From a virus (Duplodnaviria > Caudoviricetes), in IMG/VR virus record IMGVR_UViG_3300005670_000014, positions 1 through 64,000 of that record: DNA of 64,000 nt. One strand, given 5' to 3'. A model generated the notes under the pieces. It worked only from the letters and a program-made list of their open reading frames with translations. It did not search any database and had not been told where the DNA came from. Every line of letters starts with the position of its first letter. Positions within the stretch are counted from its first letter, which is position 1. Of this stretch, positions 8,707 through 17,976 are shown in pieces. Both the position numbers and the translations under genes were made by a program.

Positions 8707-8819
8707 ATTTTTAATGATGTAAATCTAAATCGTAGTCTTGCTATACGAACATGCTAACGGTTCGTTTTATTCTGCTCCCAAAATTACCACAAGCAAGATA
8801 TTCGCTTGTGGTAATCAAA

Positions 8820-9083
8820 TTATTTGATCTTGTATTTGGGAAATATAGGAATCTTTAAGTGTTTTTTAGCTAGATTTAGTAATCGTTCTTTTGTAGTAAT
8901 TCCAAGTTGAGTTTCCCAATATGTCGCTGCGCATAAAAATTGAAAGACTAAAGTAACATGTTCTTCAGTGTTTATATTGGATAATTTAGCTAATTCTTCA
9001 ACATAATATCTTGCATTACTAACAATTTTATAATTGTTAAACTCCCATCGAATAATATGATTGATATCTTGGAGTTCCGTCAT
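8820..9083 (-). CDS. Hypothetical protein
   Basis: ORF tiling the leftward array; ATGA overlap. Confidence 0.6.
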   Translation of the reverse strand: MTELQDINHIIRWEFNNYKIVSNARYYVEELAKLSNINTEEHVTLVFQFLCAATYWETQLGITTKERLLNLAKKHLKIPIFPKYKIK

Positions 9084-9328
9084 AGAAACTCTCCATTTAA
9101 TTCTTCAGTCAATCGTTTAATAAATGCTGATTCTTCTAATTCAGTGAAGCTGTTGACTCCCATGAGAGTTTTATGTTTCGATGTTGTCTTGCTGTATTTT
9201 GTTGCAGTTTTATAACTGCCAGATGGGCCAGAAAAAGCTACGCATGTTTCGTATGAAAAATACAAGGTGATGCCGTTTACACAAATCTCAGTTGCATTAG
9301 CATAAACAATCTTTAATTTAGGAATCAT
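9080..9328 (-). CDS. Conserved phage hypothetical (FSYET.VA...YSKTTSKH family)
   Basis: Motif seen in many phage early genes; ATGA overlap. Confidence 0.65.
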   Translation of the reverse strand: MIPKLKIVYANATEICVNGITLYFSYETCVAFSGPSGSYKTATKYSKTTSKHKTLMGVNSFTELEESAFIKRLTEELNGEFL

Positions 9329-9675
9329 TTGGCACCTCGAATAATTTCAACTAAAGGCTGTAAAACTTCCGCAATAAAACGTGTTTGGTCGTAAGATTGG
9401 TTAATTCGTATTAATACATCGTGAACACATTCTGCGGGTAGTCCTTGATGGTGACGACGAAGTTGATATTCTAATTCGTTAAACATCTCTTCCGAAACAT
9501 TATTGGGTTTAAACAGTTCTCGTAGTAATGTTAGCTTTTGCGTTTCGTTTAAACAACATGGTACGAGACAAGCATCTCGCGATAGCAATTCATTACTCAA
9601 TTCTTCCAATGAAACATTTTTTAAGATGGTTTGAATGTCATCTTTATTGAGTTCAAAAGACTTTTTAAGATACAT
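9325..9675 (-). CDS. Hypothetical protein
   Basis: ORF tiling the array. Confidence 0.6.
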   Translation of the reverse strand: MYLKKSFELNKDDIQTILKNVSLEELSNELLSRDACLVPCCLNETQKLTLLRELFKPNNVSEEMFNELEYQLRRHHQGLPAECVHDVLIRINQSYDQTRFIAEVLQPLVEIIRGAK

Positions 9676-9677
9676 AG

Positions 9678-10346
9678 TTATGTCTCATTAACTGGGGTAG
9701 TGGCTTTGGGAGTGACTTTACGCTTCAATGGAGTTTTCTTTATCGCTGGTTCTTTATCCGGTTTCTTAACCACAGTTTCTTTTACTGATTTCTTAGTTTT
9801 AAATTCAAGTACTTCTGCGGTCTTTTGAGTCGGTGGTGGAATATCTTGAATGATTTCTTTTATGGGTTCTGGTTTTGGAACATATTGTGTTAAAATAGCC
9901 ATTAATTCTTCAACAACTTCTTTTTGCTGTAATCGCAATTCCAGCATTTTGGCAATACGTTCTTGTGTTTTTTCATTTTCCTTGTCAAAGTTGGTTGGAA
10001 GATTGGGTGTGGTTAGCAATGAAACTCCACCTTCATCCCAACCTTTAGCGCCGTTTACAGCACGTCTTCCTGTGCTAATAATGACTAAAGCAACATCGGG
10101 TATGTCTTTTTCATAATTAAATGCTTTTTTGATTTTAGTTAAAAGAGTTTTTGGAATAATATCTTGAAGTGTTCCATCTCGATACGCATTTAAAACAACT
10201 TCCAATACACCTTTATACTGTGTACCCAATGATCTTTTAGCAAGAAATTGAATTCCTTTGGGTGAAAATAAATTCTTATCACCTAAAAATTCAATTAATT
10301 CATGTTGTTTGGACAAGTTTCGTTGTCCGGTTTTGATATCTGGCAT
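9678..10346 (-). CDS. Hypothetical protein with Lys/Pro/Thr-rich basic C-terminal tail
   Basis: Tail KTKKSVKETVVKKPDKEPAIKKTPLKRKVTPK. Confidence 0.7.
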   Translation of the reverse strand: MPDIKTGQRNLSKQHELIEFLGDKNLFSPKGIQFLAKRSLGTQYKGVLEVVLNAYRDGTLQDIIPKTLLTKIKKAFNYEKDIPDVALVIISTGRRAVNGAKGWDEGGVSLLTTPNLPTNFDKENEKTQERIAKMLELRLQQKEVVEELMAILTQYVPKPEPIKEIIQDIPPPTQKTAEVLEFKTKKSVKETVVKKPDKEPAIKKTPLKRKVTPKATTPVNET

Positions 10347-10359
10347 GTTAATTCTCTAT

Positions 10360-10731
10360 TTAAAAATTCTTGGTTATGTAGTTTGTGATGCGGGGTTCTG
10401 GCACTGTTTCAAGTTGCAACAATGCGTTAACGCATTGTTGATATACAAGAGTCATGTAGTTGTTAGTTAGTGTTATATCTTCTGATTTTAAGTATTTTAA
10501 ATAATCATTAATTCTTTTACAAAATGCAATATAACAAGCTCTTTGTATCGAATTTGAAATGATTAAGTATTCTTCGCTGTCTAAAGAATAAATTACGTCA
10601 TCAAATTCTTTTAATGGCTCTTCATGTTCAATACATTTTTCTTTGATTAAATTTATTGAATCTTCCGACAATTTGGAAGCAAAAGCTTCTGGATGATCCA
10701 CGAAGCTGATTAATAGTGCGAAGTGTGTCAT
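10360..10731 (-). CDS. Hypothetical protein
   Basis: GGAG RBS; directly downstream of a promoter. Confidence 0.65.
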   Translation of the reverse strand: MTHFALLISFVDHPEAFASKLSEDSINLIKEKCIEHEEPLKEFDDVIYSLDSEEYLIISNSIQRACYIAFCKRINDYLKYLKSEDITLTNNYMTLVYQQCVNALLQLETVPEPRITNYITKNF

Positions 10732-10780
10732 ATCAATTCTCCAGTTAATTTAACTTGAATTGGGTTGCTGACGCATAGTT

Positions 10781-10809
10781 ATTATAGCACAATGCGTCAG
10801 AGTTTTCAA
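10781..10809 (-). promoter_or_regulatory. Early promoter with an inverted repeat flanking the -10 box
   Basis: TTGAAA-17-TATAAT with TG; CTGACGCA (10768-75) / TGCGTCAG (10793-800). Confidence 0.75.
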
Positions 10810-10813
10810 CGAA

Positions 10814-11302
10814 TTAATCGTATACAGCTTTGCCACGTTTTACGGTAACAACATTATCTTTAACTACAATTTTCCAAACATCTTTTGGATCTTCACCTTG
10901 TGCATATAACTCTCCATTACAGATATGGTTGTATGTGAAGTTTCTGAAGTTGGGATTCTCAACATTATGAGTTTTAGCTTTGGGTTTCAAAAAATGGTCA
11001 ATGAGATATTTGATCCAAGCTTTACTGGAGTCAGTTTTTTCTGCCCCAGTCCACACTAAAGCCGTACCATCTTCAGTGGCATTAAAATTACACCATAACG
11101 AAGGTTGTGGTTTGTGGGGTTCATTAAAGTTAATCACCCCAGTTGCATCTTCACAGTTATACATGTCATCTACAACAAAGTATGGACCTTGCTGACGTTT
11201 CATGTGTCGGGTCCAAGAAAATTTGGTCAAATAATCTACTTCAGATTGATTCAATGGTGGGTCAATGTTAATTTGTCCAGTGAAATCTGTGCTATAACCC
11301 AT
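10814..11302 (-). CDS. Conserved phage hypothetical (MGY.TDF.G...QPSLWC...G.EK...W..YLIDHFL family)
   Basis: Recognisable widespread phage family of unknown function; GGAG RBS. Confidence 0.75.
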   Translation of the reverse strand: MGYSTDFTGQINIDPPLNQSEVDYLTKFSWTRHMKRQQGPYFVVDDMYNCEDATGVINFNEPHKPQPSLWCNFNATEDGTALVWTGAEKTDSSKAWIKYLIDHFLKPKAKTHNVENPNFRNFTYNHICNGELYAQGEDPKDVWKIVVKDNVVTVKRGKAVYD

Positions 11303-11315
11303 GATTAATCTCCAG

Positions 11316-11558
11316 TTAGTTATTTTGATTAAGAAACCATTCTACAATGGTAAATTCATTAACGAATTCTTGTTCATTAATGATTGTTGGATTTTGATAA
11401 GTAAATTTTACTTGACCAAAGACTTTGGGAATATCTTTAACGTTAAATAATTTAACGTGATGAAATTTGACTATCAGTTGTGTACTATTTTCTGGATTTA
11501 CAAAGACGTTAGCCATCATGGTTGTAGCGTCATTGTTTAAGTAGTTAAAAGGAACCAT
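11316..11558 (-). CDS. Hypothetical protein
   Basis: ORF tiling the array. Confidence 0.55.
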   Translation of the reverse strand: MVPFNYLNNDATTMMANVFVNPENSTQLIVKFHHVKLFNVKDIPKVFGQVKFTYQNPTIINEQEFVNEFTIVEWFLNQNN

Positions 11559-11560
11559 AT

Positions 11561-11845
11561 TTAATCTCCGTAGTTAAAAAGTCTTAGCATAGCTTGCTCT
11601 AAAAGTTTTTCATCATTCGTAAAGTAAAAATCGTAGTAATCTTCAACGGCTTCCTCTAATTCTTGTCTATCACAATCTTCTGGTACAAAATGGATACTGA
11701 GTATTTCATGTTCTTCATATGGGGTTGTTTCACCTCCATGTGCAATTTCAAATAATACATACCTTGTCATTGGTGTTAACAGATCATGACCTTCAATGAG
11801 GTCTTCATCGGATTCTAAACTGAATTGATATAAACATTTATCCAT
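11561..11845 (-). CDS. Acidic hypothetical protein
   Basis: AGGA RBS; D/E-rich. Confidence 0.6.
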   Translation of the reverse strand: MDKCLYQFSLESDEDLIEGHDLLTPMTRYVLFEIAHGGETTPYEEHEILSIHFVPEDCDRQELEEAVEDYYDFYFTNDEKLLEQAMLRLFNYGD

Positions 11846-11855
11846 AAATTATCCT

Positions 11856-12137
11856 TTAAAGAGTTTCAATGAGTGTGTTATCCAATCCTTGGGATTTTGC
11901 CCAGTTAAAAGCTTGCTTTTTTGTTATTTTTTTAAAGCGATCTAATCTTAAGTCCAAGATGGCAATTTCATTGGGACAATATTTTTTGGTATTACCTCGT
12001 CGATCTTCTAAATATAGATCTTTATCATTGATAATGTGCAATACATAGCCATGCGAATAATACGGGACACGTATTTTTGATTCTACATGGCATAATGGAC
12101 ATGAATGATGATTATCCACGGTAGTTCTTTCCTTCAA
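11856..12137 (-). CDS. Hypothetical protein with CPLCH motif
   Basis: ORF tiling the array. Confidence 0.5.
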   Translation of the reverse strand: MKERTTVDNHHSCPLCHVESKIRVPYYSHGYVLHIINDKDLYLEDRRGNTKKYCPNEIAILDLRLDRFKKITKKQAFNWAKSQGLDNTLIETL

Positions 12138-12654
12138 TCGTCAATGCACCGTTTTTCTTCATGAGTTGTTTGTCAATCAAACCTTGTTTAGCATCTTCCC
12201 ATCGAATGGTAGACATGCCCACTTGCTGGCGTCGAGATACCCCACCGTAAGAGGCTTTATAGCGTCGAGTGGCTTCTAAACATAGTTTTTCATCATCATT
12301 CAATTCTACAACCGCTGTGGTGGGTAAGAATTGTGTAATGTTGGATTTGTTGACGTAAATAAATAAACCGGAATCTTGTCCACCGATAATAGCGTGTTCT
12401 ACGACGGCATGGTTATCGGGAATCTTAAAATAAGCATGAGCAATGGTTAAAAATGGATTGGAAGTTTCTGGTGCTGGACTCTGTGTTTCACCTGTTTGAA
12501 GATTTACTACTGTGCAATAACTGCGTGAACCTTCGTTCCAGTAGTTGGAAATGGTATAACTGTCAGTCTCAACTAATCGAAACTTTTTGCCGTTATAATG
12601 AGGATAACAGTTTAAAATAACGGCTGGAACATCTTGTTTGCGTAAGTGCAACAT
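12112..12654 (-). CDS. Hypothetical protein
   Basis: Start at MLHLRK after the GGAG RBS, downstream of a promoter. Confidence 0.7.
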   Translation of the reverse strand: MLHLRKQDVPAVILNCYPHYNGKKFRLVETDSYTISNYWNEGSRSYCTVVNLQTGETQSPAPETSNPFLTIAHAYFKIPDNHAVVEHAIIGGQDSGLFIYVNKSNITQFLPTTAVVELNDDEKLCLEATRRYKASYGGVSRRQQVGMSTIRWEDAKQGLIDKQLMKKNGALTIEGKNYRG

Positions 12655-12702
12655 GTTAATTCTCCACACATGGTTGAATACTACGTTTACTGGCGTAAAC
12701 GT

Positions 12703-12731
12703 AGTATAGCACGGAATTAAAGAGTTTTCAA
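12703..12731 (-). promoter_or_regulatory. Early promoter with 13-bp inverted repeat (12678-12707)
   Basis: TTGAAA-17-TATACT with TG; ATACTACGTTTAC-TGGC-GTAAACGTAGTAT. Confidence 0.8.
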
Positions 12732-13147
12732 CGAAAATTATTGTCAATATAAGATTTTAGACTGGGTTTGGAAAATTCTTCATATTTTGTGATTTCCATC
12801 AATTCGTATAGATATGGATAAACCAATTGATTAAAAGACATGTTTGGTAGTTCTTGATCGTCTGATTCCACTGCATCAACATATCTGGCTAATACTTGAT
12901 CTTTAGTAGATTTTAAAGCGAACTCAACACACTCTGCCAACGTATTTCGGAAAATGATTACTTCATCTGCATCTACCACAAACACGTTTTGATAGTGAGA
13001 TTTGTAATAACGCTCCCAAGTATCTGAATCTGAATTACCCATCAACGGAGTAACAATTTCTTTAAATTCTTCATCATCCTGGATGAATTCCCAGTACATA
13101 TAACTGTTTACATAATTGACTAAGAGTGCATAGCAAGGATTTTTCAT
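12728..13147 (-). CDS. Hypothetical protein
   Basis: GAGG RBS. Confidence 0.65.
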   Translation of the reverse strand: MKNPCYALLVNYVNSYMYWEFIQDDEEFKEIVTPLMGNSDSDTWERYYKSHYQNVFVVDADEVIIFRNTLAECVEFALKSTKDQVLARYVDAVESDDQELPNMSFNQLVYPYLYELMEITKYEEFSKPSLKSYIDNNFR

Positions 13148-13203
13148 AATAACCTCAACGGGTAGTGGACTGCATAAATAACTATATGCAGTCCAAGATG
13201 GGT

Positions 13204-13419
13204 TTACGCGTCTTCCCTAGTTAGGGGCATGGTGGGATAGCCATAATTTTCCAAAGATTCATTTACACATTCAGCAAGGTTCATGTAATCATCTTCGGGG
13301 TCCATTTCTTTAAATTCGTCACGCCATTCCTTTAATTCTTGAAAAAGTCCATCTTCCAAGTCATGACGAAATGCCCAGATTGGGGAAAAGAATGAAATAA
13401 ATTCTTGTCGATTCATCAT
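13204..13419 (-). CDS. Acidic hypothetical protein
   Basis: GGAG RBS. Confidence 0.65.
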   Translation of the reverse strand: MMNRQEFISFFSPIWAFRHDLEDGLFQELKEWRDEFKEMDPEDDYMNLAECVNESLENYGYPTMPLTREDA

Positions 13420-13441
13420 ACTTAATTCTCCAAAAAAGGTT

Positions 13442-13762
13442 TTAAATGTCTAACATTTTGATGTGAATTTTAACTCTGCCTACTTTTTCGTGGATATAGT
13501 GATAAGCATCTGTTAAACTTTCATGAATAAATGACATTTCATCAAGTTTAGAAGGAAATACACTTTCATAGGTATTTTTGTCGTGTTGAATAATCCAGAA
13601 CTCTTCAAATTCTGGATTATGCCGTTGTGTCAAGATGGTTAAAGATTCTTGACCTTTATAATTCAAGCGTTGTAAGTTAGCAGGGGTGTGAGCAAGTTGG
13701 TATAAGATTTTGTTTGCTAATGCAAAAGCTTGTTCCAATCGTAAATCTATGTCATCGTTCAT
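13442..13762 (-). CDS. Hypothetical protein
   Basis: AAGGA RBS before MNDDID. Confidence 0.6.
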   Translation of the reverse strand: MNDDIDLRLEQAFALANKILYQLAHTPANLQRLNYKGQESLTILTQRHNPEFEEFWIIQHDKNTYESVFPSKLDEMSFIHESLTDAYHYIHEKVGRVKIHIKMLDI

Positions 13763-13766
13763 TATG

Positions 13767-13961
13767 TTATTCCTTGGTATAACCATCGAACCATGCCCCT
13801 AATTGTCGGGTACGGCGTTTGTTGTGGGGTTTTACACAAGTAGATGACGAAGTTTCAGGATCTTTACAATGGTTCTGTGCTTGTTCTAAAGTCAGATTCC
13901 GTTGAATGGTACGTTTTGGAATGTTGGGATTGAAATACATTCTAACGATCTTGTAACTCAT
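13767..13961 (-). CDS. Small hypothetical, tandem paralog
   Basis: MSYKIVRMYF...HCKDPET..STC matches 14005-14208. Confidence 0.65.
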   Translation of the reverse strand: MSYKIVRMYFNPNIPKRTIQRNLTLEQAQNHCKDPETSSSTCVKPHNKRRTRQLGAWFDGYTKE

Positions 13962-14004
13962 TGTAGTACCTTTTATGGTAAAAGCCATCCTTGGCAATTA
14001 AGTT

Positions 14005-14208
14005 TTACATCTTAAAAAATGTATCCGACCATGGACCTACTTTGAGTGTCCGCTGACAATTAGCGGGTTTTGAGCAAGTTCGCCAGTTGGCTTCTGGATT
14101 GACACAATGTTCTTTGGCGTGTTTGTACGTGACGAAGGTCCGCAGTACATGTTCTGATTTTTGAGCATGATAAAAGCGAATGATCTTGTAGCTGTATTTT
14201 AGTTTCAT
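14005..14208 (-). CDS. Small hypothetical, tandem paralog
   Basis: YSYKIIRFYH...HCVNPEA..RTC; both end GPW/GAW.D. Confidence 0.65.
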   Translation of the reverse strand: MKLKYSYKIIRFYHAQKSEHVLRTFVTYKHAKEHCVNPEANWRTCSKPANCQRTLKVGPWSDTFFKM

Positions 14209-14534
14209 TCCACATCTCCAAAAAGTTCTTCTTTAGCCGTATTAAAATGTTTTTCAGTAAGCGTAAGTAATTCTTTTTCTATCCCATCTCCAATAGCTGT
14301 TTCATAAAGATCCCATGCCACGTCGGGATCTTCCTCGTCATTCAGTTCCTTAGCAAAGAATTCAAACGGAGTGTATTGACGATAATTCTCTTCAGCTTCC
14401 CATGCCAGTTGTCGAACGGCGTCGAGATATTCATCATATTCCATATCTTCCGTAATTTTGACATCTTTACAATTGCAAGCAACTAAATCTTGACCAAGAT
14501 TAAAACCATAGCGAATGATCGTGTCATTATCCAT
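14205..14534 (-). CDS. Acidic hypothetical protein
   Basis: GGAG RBS; directly downstream of a promoter. Confidence 0.7.
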   Translation of the reverse strand: MDNDTIIRYGFNLGQDLVACNCKDVKITEDMEYDEYLDAVRQLAWEAEENYRQYTPFEFFAKELNDEEDPDVAWDLYETAIGDGIEKELLTLTEKHFNTAKEELFGDVE

Positions 14535-14583
14535 GATAATTCTCCGAAGTGTTGGGGTGCTTTACGCTTTACGGCGTAAAGCA

Positions 14584-14612
14584 ATTTTATCACAGTTTAC
14601 AAGAAGTTGCAA
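14584..14612 (-). promoter_or_regulatory. Early promoter with inverted repeat
   Basis: TTGCAA-17-TAAAAT with TG; GCTTTAC-GGC-GTAAAGC. Confidence 0.75.
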
Positions 14613-14616
14613 ATTT

Positions 14617-14829
14617 TTATTTCAAAAAGTCTTTTGGCTCAGCGCCCACTGCGACCATCCATTCTGCAATGGTAGTAGCCCAGTCTGCATAACCGAGTTC
14701 CCATGCGGCACATTCTTTAACGATCTTGACGGGCGACAGTTGATAAAACTCTTCATCTCGACTTTTGTCATCTTCTTCAAGACCTAATCTGCCACGTAAC
14801 TTTTTTAGCATATACGGTGGTATTGTCAT
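14617..14829 (-). CDS. Hypothetical protein
   Basis: TAATG overlap with the upstream gene. Confidence 0.65.
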   Translation of the reverse strand: MTIPPYMLKKLRGRLGLEEDDKSRDEEFYQLSPVKIVKECAAWELGYADWATTIAEWMVAVGAEPKDFLK

Positions 14830-15533
14830 TAAATGTTCACCTTTTGTTGAATTGCGTTAAGTTCAGCCAATGCGGATTCTTTACAGTATTGATAACCGTA
14901 AAATCCTACACAACTGGTAATGCATTCAAATTCTTTAACGTGATACGTGCTTTCGTAAATCTTTGTCATATCACATGTTTCTTCTGTGCTGTAGATGCTG
15001 TACGAATACACATCCCCAGTTAAATACGTATCTAATTCTTTAAGTTCGGCAACTAGAATTTTTTCCGCTTCTTTCACGGAATATGGTCGTTGCATTTGAG
15101 TTTCAAACGTGTCTTTGGTCATGTAAATGAAACCGATCTGACCACTATCCCACGGACAGCTAAAAGGTTTATCACTAATGGTGATTTCAGAGTGGTCGTA
15201 CATATATACTGGAATGACGCACAGATTGTTTTGTTTCCATTCCTCAACAATTTGATTGAAATGGGCAATTTGTTCTTCATCAATTTCCATATCTTCGAAA
15301 TAAAGTTCATTGTTATGACTAACATAATCTTTTAATTCAGGCATCCATGCCACATCTTCAAAGTGATCAAAAATCCATACATTTAGATTTTTGATGGGTT
15401 CTTGATGGTTTTCATCCGTTTGACCTCCCAATGTATACTTGCTATGCCACGTATACAGAGTTCCTACACAGTCAAACGCTTCTCGTGGATTCTCGGCAAA
15501 TTCATCGGGTTCAACTACGATAAAATGATTCAT
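14829..15533 (-). CDS. Conserved phage hypothetical, paralog 2 of 6666-7361
   Basis: NPREAFDCVGTLYTWH, PVYMYDHS, CPWDSGQIG; GGAG RBS. Confidence 0.75.
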   Translation of the reverse strand: MNHFIVVEPDEFAENPREAFDCVGTLYTWHSKYTLGGQTDENHQEPIKNLNVWIFDHFEDVAWMPELKDYVSHNNELYFEDMEIDEEQIAHFNQIVEEWKQNNLCVIPVYMYDHSEITISDKPFSCPWDSGQIGFIYMTKDTFETQMQRPYSVKEAEKILVAELKELDTYLTGDVYSYSIYSTEETCDMTKIYESTYHVKEFECITSCVGFYGYQYCKESALAELNAIQQKVNI

Positions 15534-15582
15534 GCGGATTCTCCAAGCAGTGTGGTATGGCAGTATTCGTTGCCACGAATGA

Positions 15583-15611
15583 ATTTTAGCACGGATTTGA
15601 AGGTATTGCAA
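15583..15611 (-). promoter_or_regulatory. Early promoter with inverted repeat
   Basis: TTGCAA-17-TAAAAT with TG; ATTCGT-TGCC-ACGAAT. Confidence 0.75.
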
Positions 15612-15640
15612 CTGATTAATGATTAAACTCTGGAGTTATC

Positions 15641-16102
15641 ATGTTATATAAATCTGAATCGGGACATATTTACGAACAAAAGCAGTGTGAAGAGTGTGGA
15701 CACGAATTCTTTCATCGGCGTGATTGCCATGATGAATGCCCGATCTGTAAACGAAAACGGAGATCTTCAAAACCAGATCTGACTGACCCGGCGATCAAAA
15801 GAACTTACAGTAGTTATTACAGTATGTTATCCAGATGTACTAATATAAATCATAAAGATTATCCAAATTATGGAGGTCGAGGCGTGATGGTTCAACCGGA
15901 ATGGATTGAATCTTTTGATCATTTCTTAGCTGATGTGGGATTAAGGCCGGAATATACGAGTTTAGATCGTATTTCGCCCAACAAACATTACACTAAAGAC
16001 AATGTTCGTTGGGCGAATCAGCATGTACAGAACTTAAATAGAAGGAAAAAGTTCCAAGGTCTTTGGTCTAAAGTCTTGAAACCACAAGCGGAAAAACCTT
16101 AA
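15641..16102 (+). CDS. HNH-type homing endonuclease-like protein
   Basis: YYSMLSRC...YGGRGV...W..SF..FLADVG.RP...SLDRI...Y...NVRWA...Q..NRR; N-terminal CxxC/CxxC; inserted antisense to the array. Confidence 0.8.
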   Translation: MLYKSESGHIYEQKQCEECGHEFFHRRDCHDECPICKRKRRSSKPDLTDPAIKRTYSSYYSMLSRCTNINHKDYPNYGGRGVMVQPEWIESFDHFLADVGLRPEYTSLDRISPNKHYTKDNVRWANQHVQNLNRRKKFQGLWSKVLKPQAEKP

Positions 16103-16377
16103 TGGATAAAGCTTGTAGCGTCAAAAGGCTGTTTGGGTTCGTCAATCCATTCTTGATCAATTCCATGGGGTTGATATAGAGCTGCTCGAAAGGTGTTATT
16201 TTGTCGTCCAGCAATCCAGGTGTGCCAGAACTCTTTATGCGCTTGGGCAATCAGTTGGTCAAGTTCTTGTTGAGTGTCCACTTGAATTTCTAATAAATCA
16301 AAACCCGGTCGTTGATCCCAAGGATGCCCGAAATTGGGTGTAAATTGGAAATTTTGTGAATCTTTAAGCGTGGTCAT
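16099..16377 (-). CDS. Hypothetical protein
   Basis: ORF tiling the array. Confidence 0.6.
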   Translation of the reverse strand: MTTLKDSQNFQFTPNFGHPWDQRPGFDLLEIQVDTQQELDQLIAQAHKEFWHTWIAGRQNNTFRAALYQPHGIDQEWIDEPKQPFDATSFIH

Positions 16378-16592
16378 TTTGGATATTCTTCCGTTTCATC
16401 TTCCCAATTAAAATCGGGAGTATTAGGATCTTTATTAATGTGAATACAATTCCAACCTTCGATTGTCATATCTTCAGTAACAATTTCTGGATCTACACCA
16501 TTTAGTTCTTTGGGTGTAAAAATGGCTATAGCAAATCCTTTATCAGCTAATTCTTCCAGTGCTTTTTTAATATGTTCAGGATATGTAATCAT
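16374..16592 (-). CDS. Hypothetical, paralog of 20252-20488
   Basis: Shared ELADKGFA..IFTPKEL.GV.P.IV.E.M...GWN.I...DFNWEDE. Confidence 0.75.
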   Translation of the reverse strand: MITYPEHIKKALEELADKGFAIAIFTPKELNGVDPEIVTEDMTIEGWNCIHINKDPNTPDFNWEDETEEYPK

Positions 16593-17017
16593 TGTTTAAT
16601 GCCTTCTAAAACATCTTCTAGTAATTGAATCATTTCTGTGGGATTGTTTCTAGTTATTTTATATATTGCCGCGCATGTAGAACCTTTAACTCTGACAATG
16701 GGACAGTATTCGTCAGTTTGATTAGAGTAACAACTGCAGTCATCAGGGGGATTAGAGTAATAATTGCAGTCATCAGGGGGATCAAAGTCAGAATATTTTC
16801 TACATAAGGCACACGTCCAGCCAGTGTAAGAGAGTTGTTCTGTTGAATTTTCAATTATAGCATGTTGCTCATAGGTTACTTGGTGTTTTTCAACATTTTC
16901 AGGTAATGCTCCTTTCCATTTTAAAATAGAATGTTTTAAACATTTCTCATCGGTTTTATTGATATATTCACTTGCATCTTTTGTATAGAATTCTTTTTTC
17001 CAACTTTTAAAAGACAT
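16589..17017 (-). CDS. Cys-rich hypothetical with a 10-aa internal repeat
   Basis: CALC...CPI...C; GGAG RBS. Confidence 0.65.
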   Translation of the reverse strand: MSFKSWKKEFYTKDASEYINKTDEKCLKHSILKWKGALPENVEKHQVTYEQHAIIENSTEQLSYTGWTCALCRKYSDFDPPDDCNYYSNPPDDCSCYSNQTDEYCPIVRVKGSTCAAIYKITRNNPTEMIQLLEDVLEGIKQ

Positions 17018-17026
17018 AAAAATCTC

Positions 17027-17305
17027 CTAAGTCTTTAATTTAGTTTTTACAGTTTCTAATCTGCATGACGCGTATGTGCATTTTTGATCGGATTCTCGGT
17101 AAGTAAATCTCATGGGTTTTTTACCCACAAAGCCAAACCAAATATCTCGATCCGGTTCTTTTTCAACGATACCTTTACAATATGTTAAATCTAGTTGTAA
17201 TTTAACTTCAATAGATTTGAATATTTCATATGGAATAATTGATAATAATGTTGTTGTTTTGTTTGGTTTGAACATGACCATCTTTCGTAAAGTGGATATA
17301 GTCAA
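17027..17305 (-). CDS. Hypothetical protein (start uncertain)
   Basis: ORF only. Confidence 0.45.
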   Translation of the reverse strand: MTISTLRKMVMFKPNKTTTLLSIIPYEIFKSIEVKLQLDLTYCKGIVEKEPDRDIWFGFVGKKPMRFTYRESDQKCTYASCRLETVKTKLKT

Positions 17306-17433
17306 AATTGTTTGATGTGTTTATTTTATCATAGTTTTGAAGATATAACAAGTGGTATGAAATTGTTGACAAAAGCGTTATTTTAGCATAATAGCGGATA
17401 ACAGACTCCTCAAATCAGTTCAAGTCCTTAATC

Positions 17434-17766
17434 GTGCGTACTTTTATTGACGAATCTGGTAATACTTGGTTTTGTGCCAAAGATTCGTGTGATATTCTTG
17501 GATACGTTAATGCGCCGGATATGATAGCTAAATATTGTCGTCCAGAGGGTGTTGTCAAGTGCGGCACCCCAATGGAAGGGGATATAGTGAATTGCGATGG
17601 TACACCCAAAGCACGAAAATCTCAGGAAATGACTTATATTAATGAAGGCAATCTTTATCGATTGATTGCTCGTAGTAAGAAAAGGAAGCTGATTATAGTG
17701 TTGTTGAGTATTAAGAATAAGTTGAGCAGTTGTGTTTGGCGTAGGCACGCTTGTCAAGTCATTTAA
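17434..17766 (+). pseudogene. Bro-N domain fragment
   Basis: RTFIDESGNTWFCAKDSCDILGY...YINEGNLYRLIARS; no ATG or RBS; degenerate C-terminus. Confidence 0.65.
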
Positions 17767-17918
17767 TTCGTCTGGTAAGCGGCTGAGACGGTTATTTTAG
17801 CCACTTTCTAGCCACTCCGCTATCCCAACACGTCCTGGGTGGGAAAGTGGCTTAAATCGTCTCACAAGTGGCTTTCTCCGTAGATCAATTTTCAGCAGAA
17901 CTTTTTTCTTTTGCCCCA

Positions 17919-17962
17919 AAGACGGGGCTGAACAGCAAAATCTGCCATTCAGCCCCGTCTTT
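17919..17962. terminator. Hairpin between convergent genes (probable bidirectional terminator)
   Basis: AAGACGGGGCTGAA ... TTCAGCCCCGTCTT, 14-bp stem. Confidence 0.6.
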
Positions 17963-17976
17963 ACTACACGAAGAAC

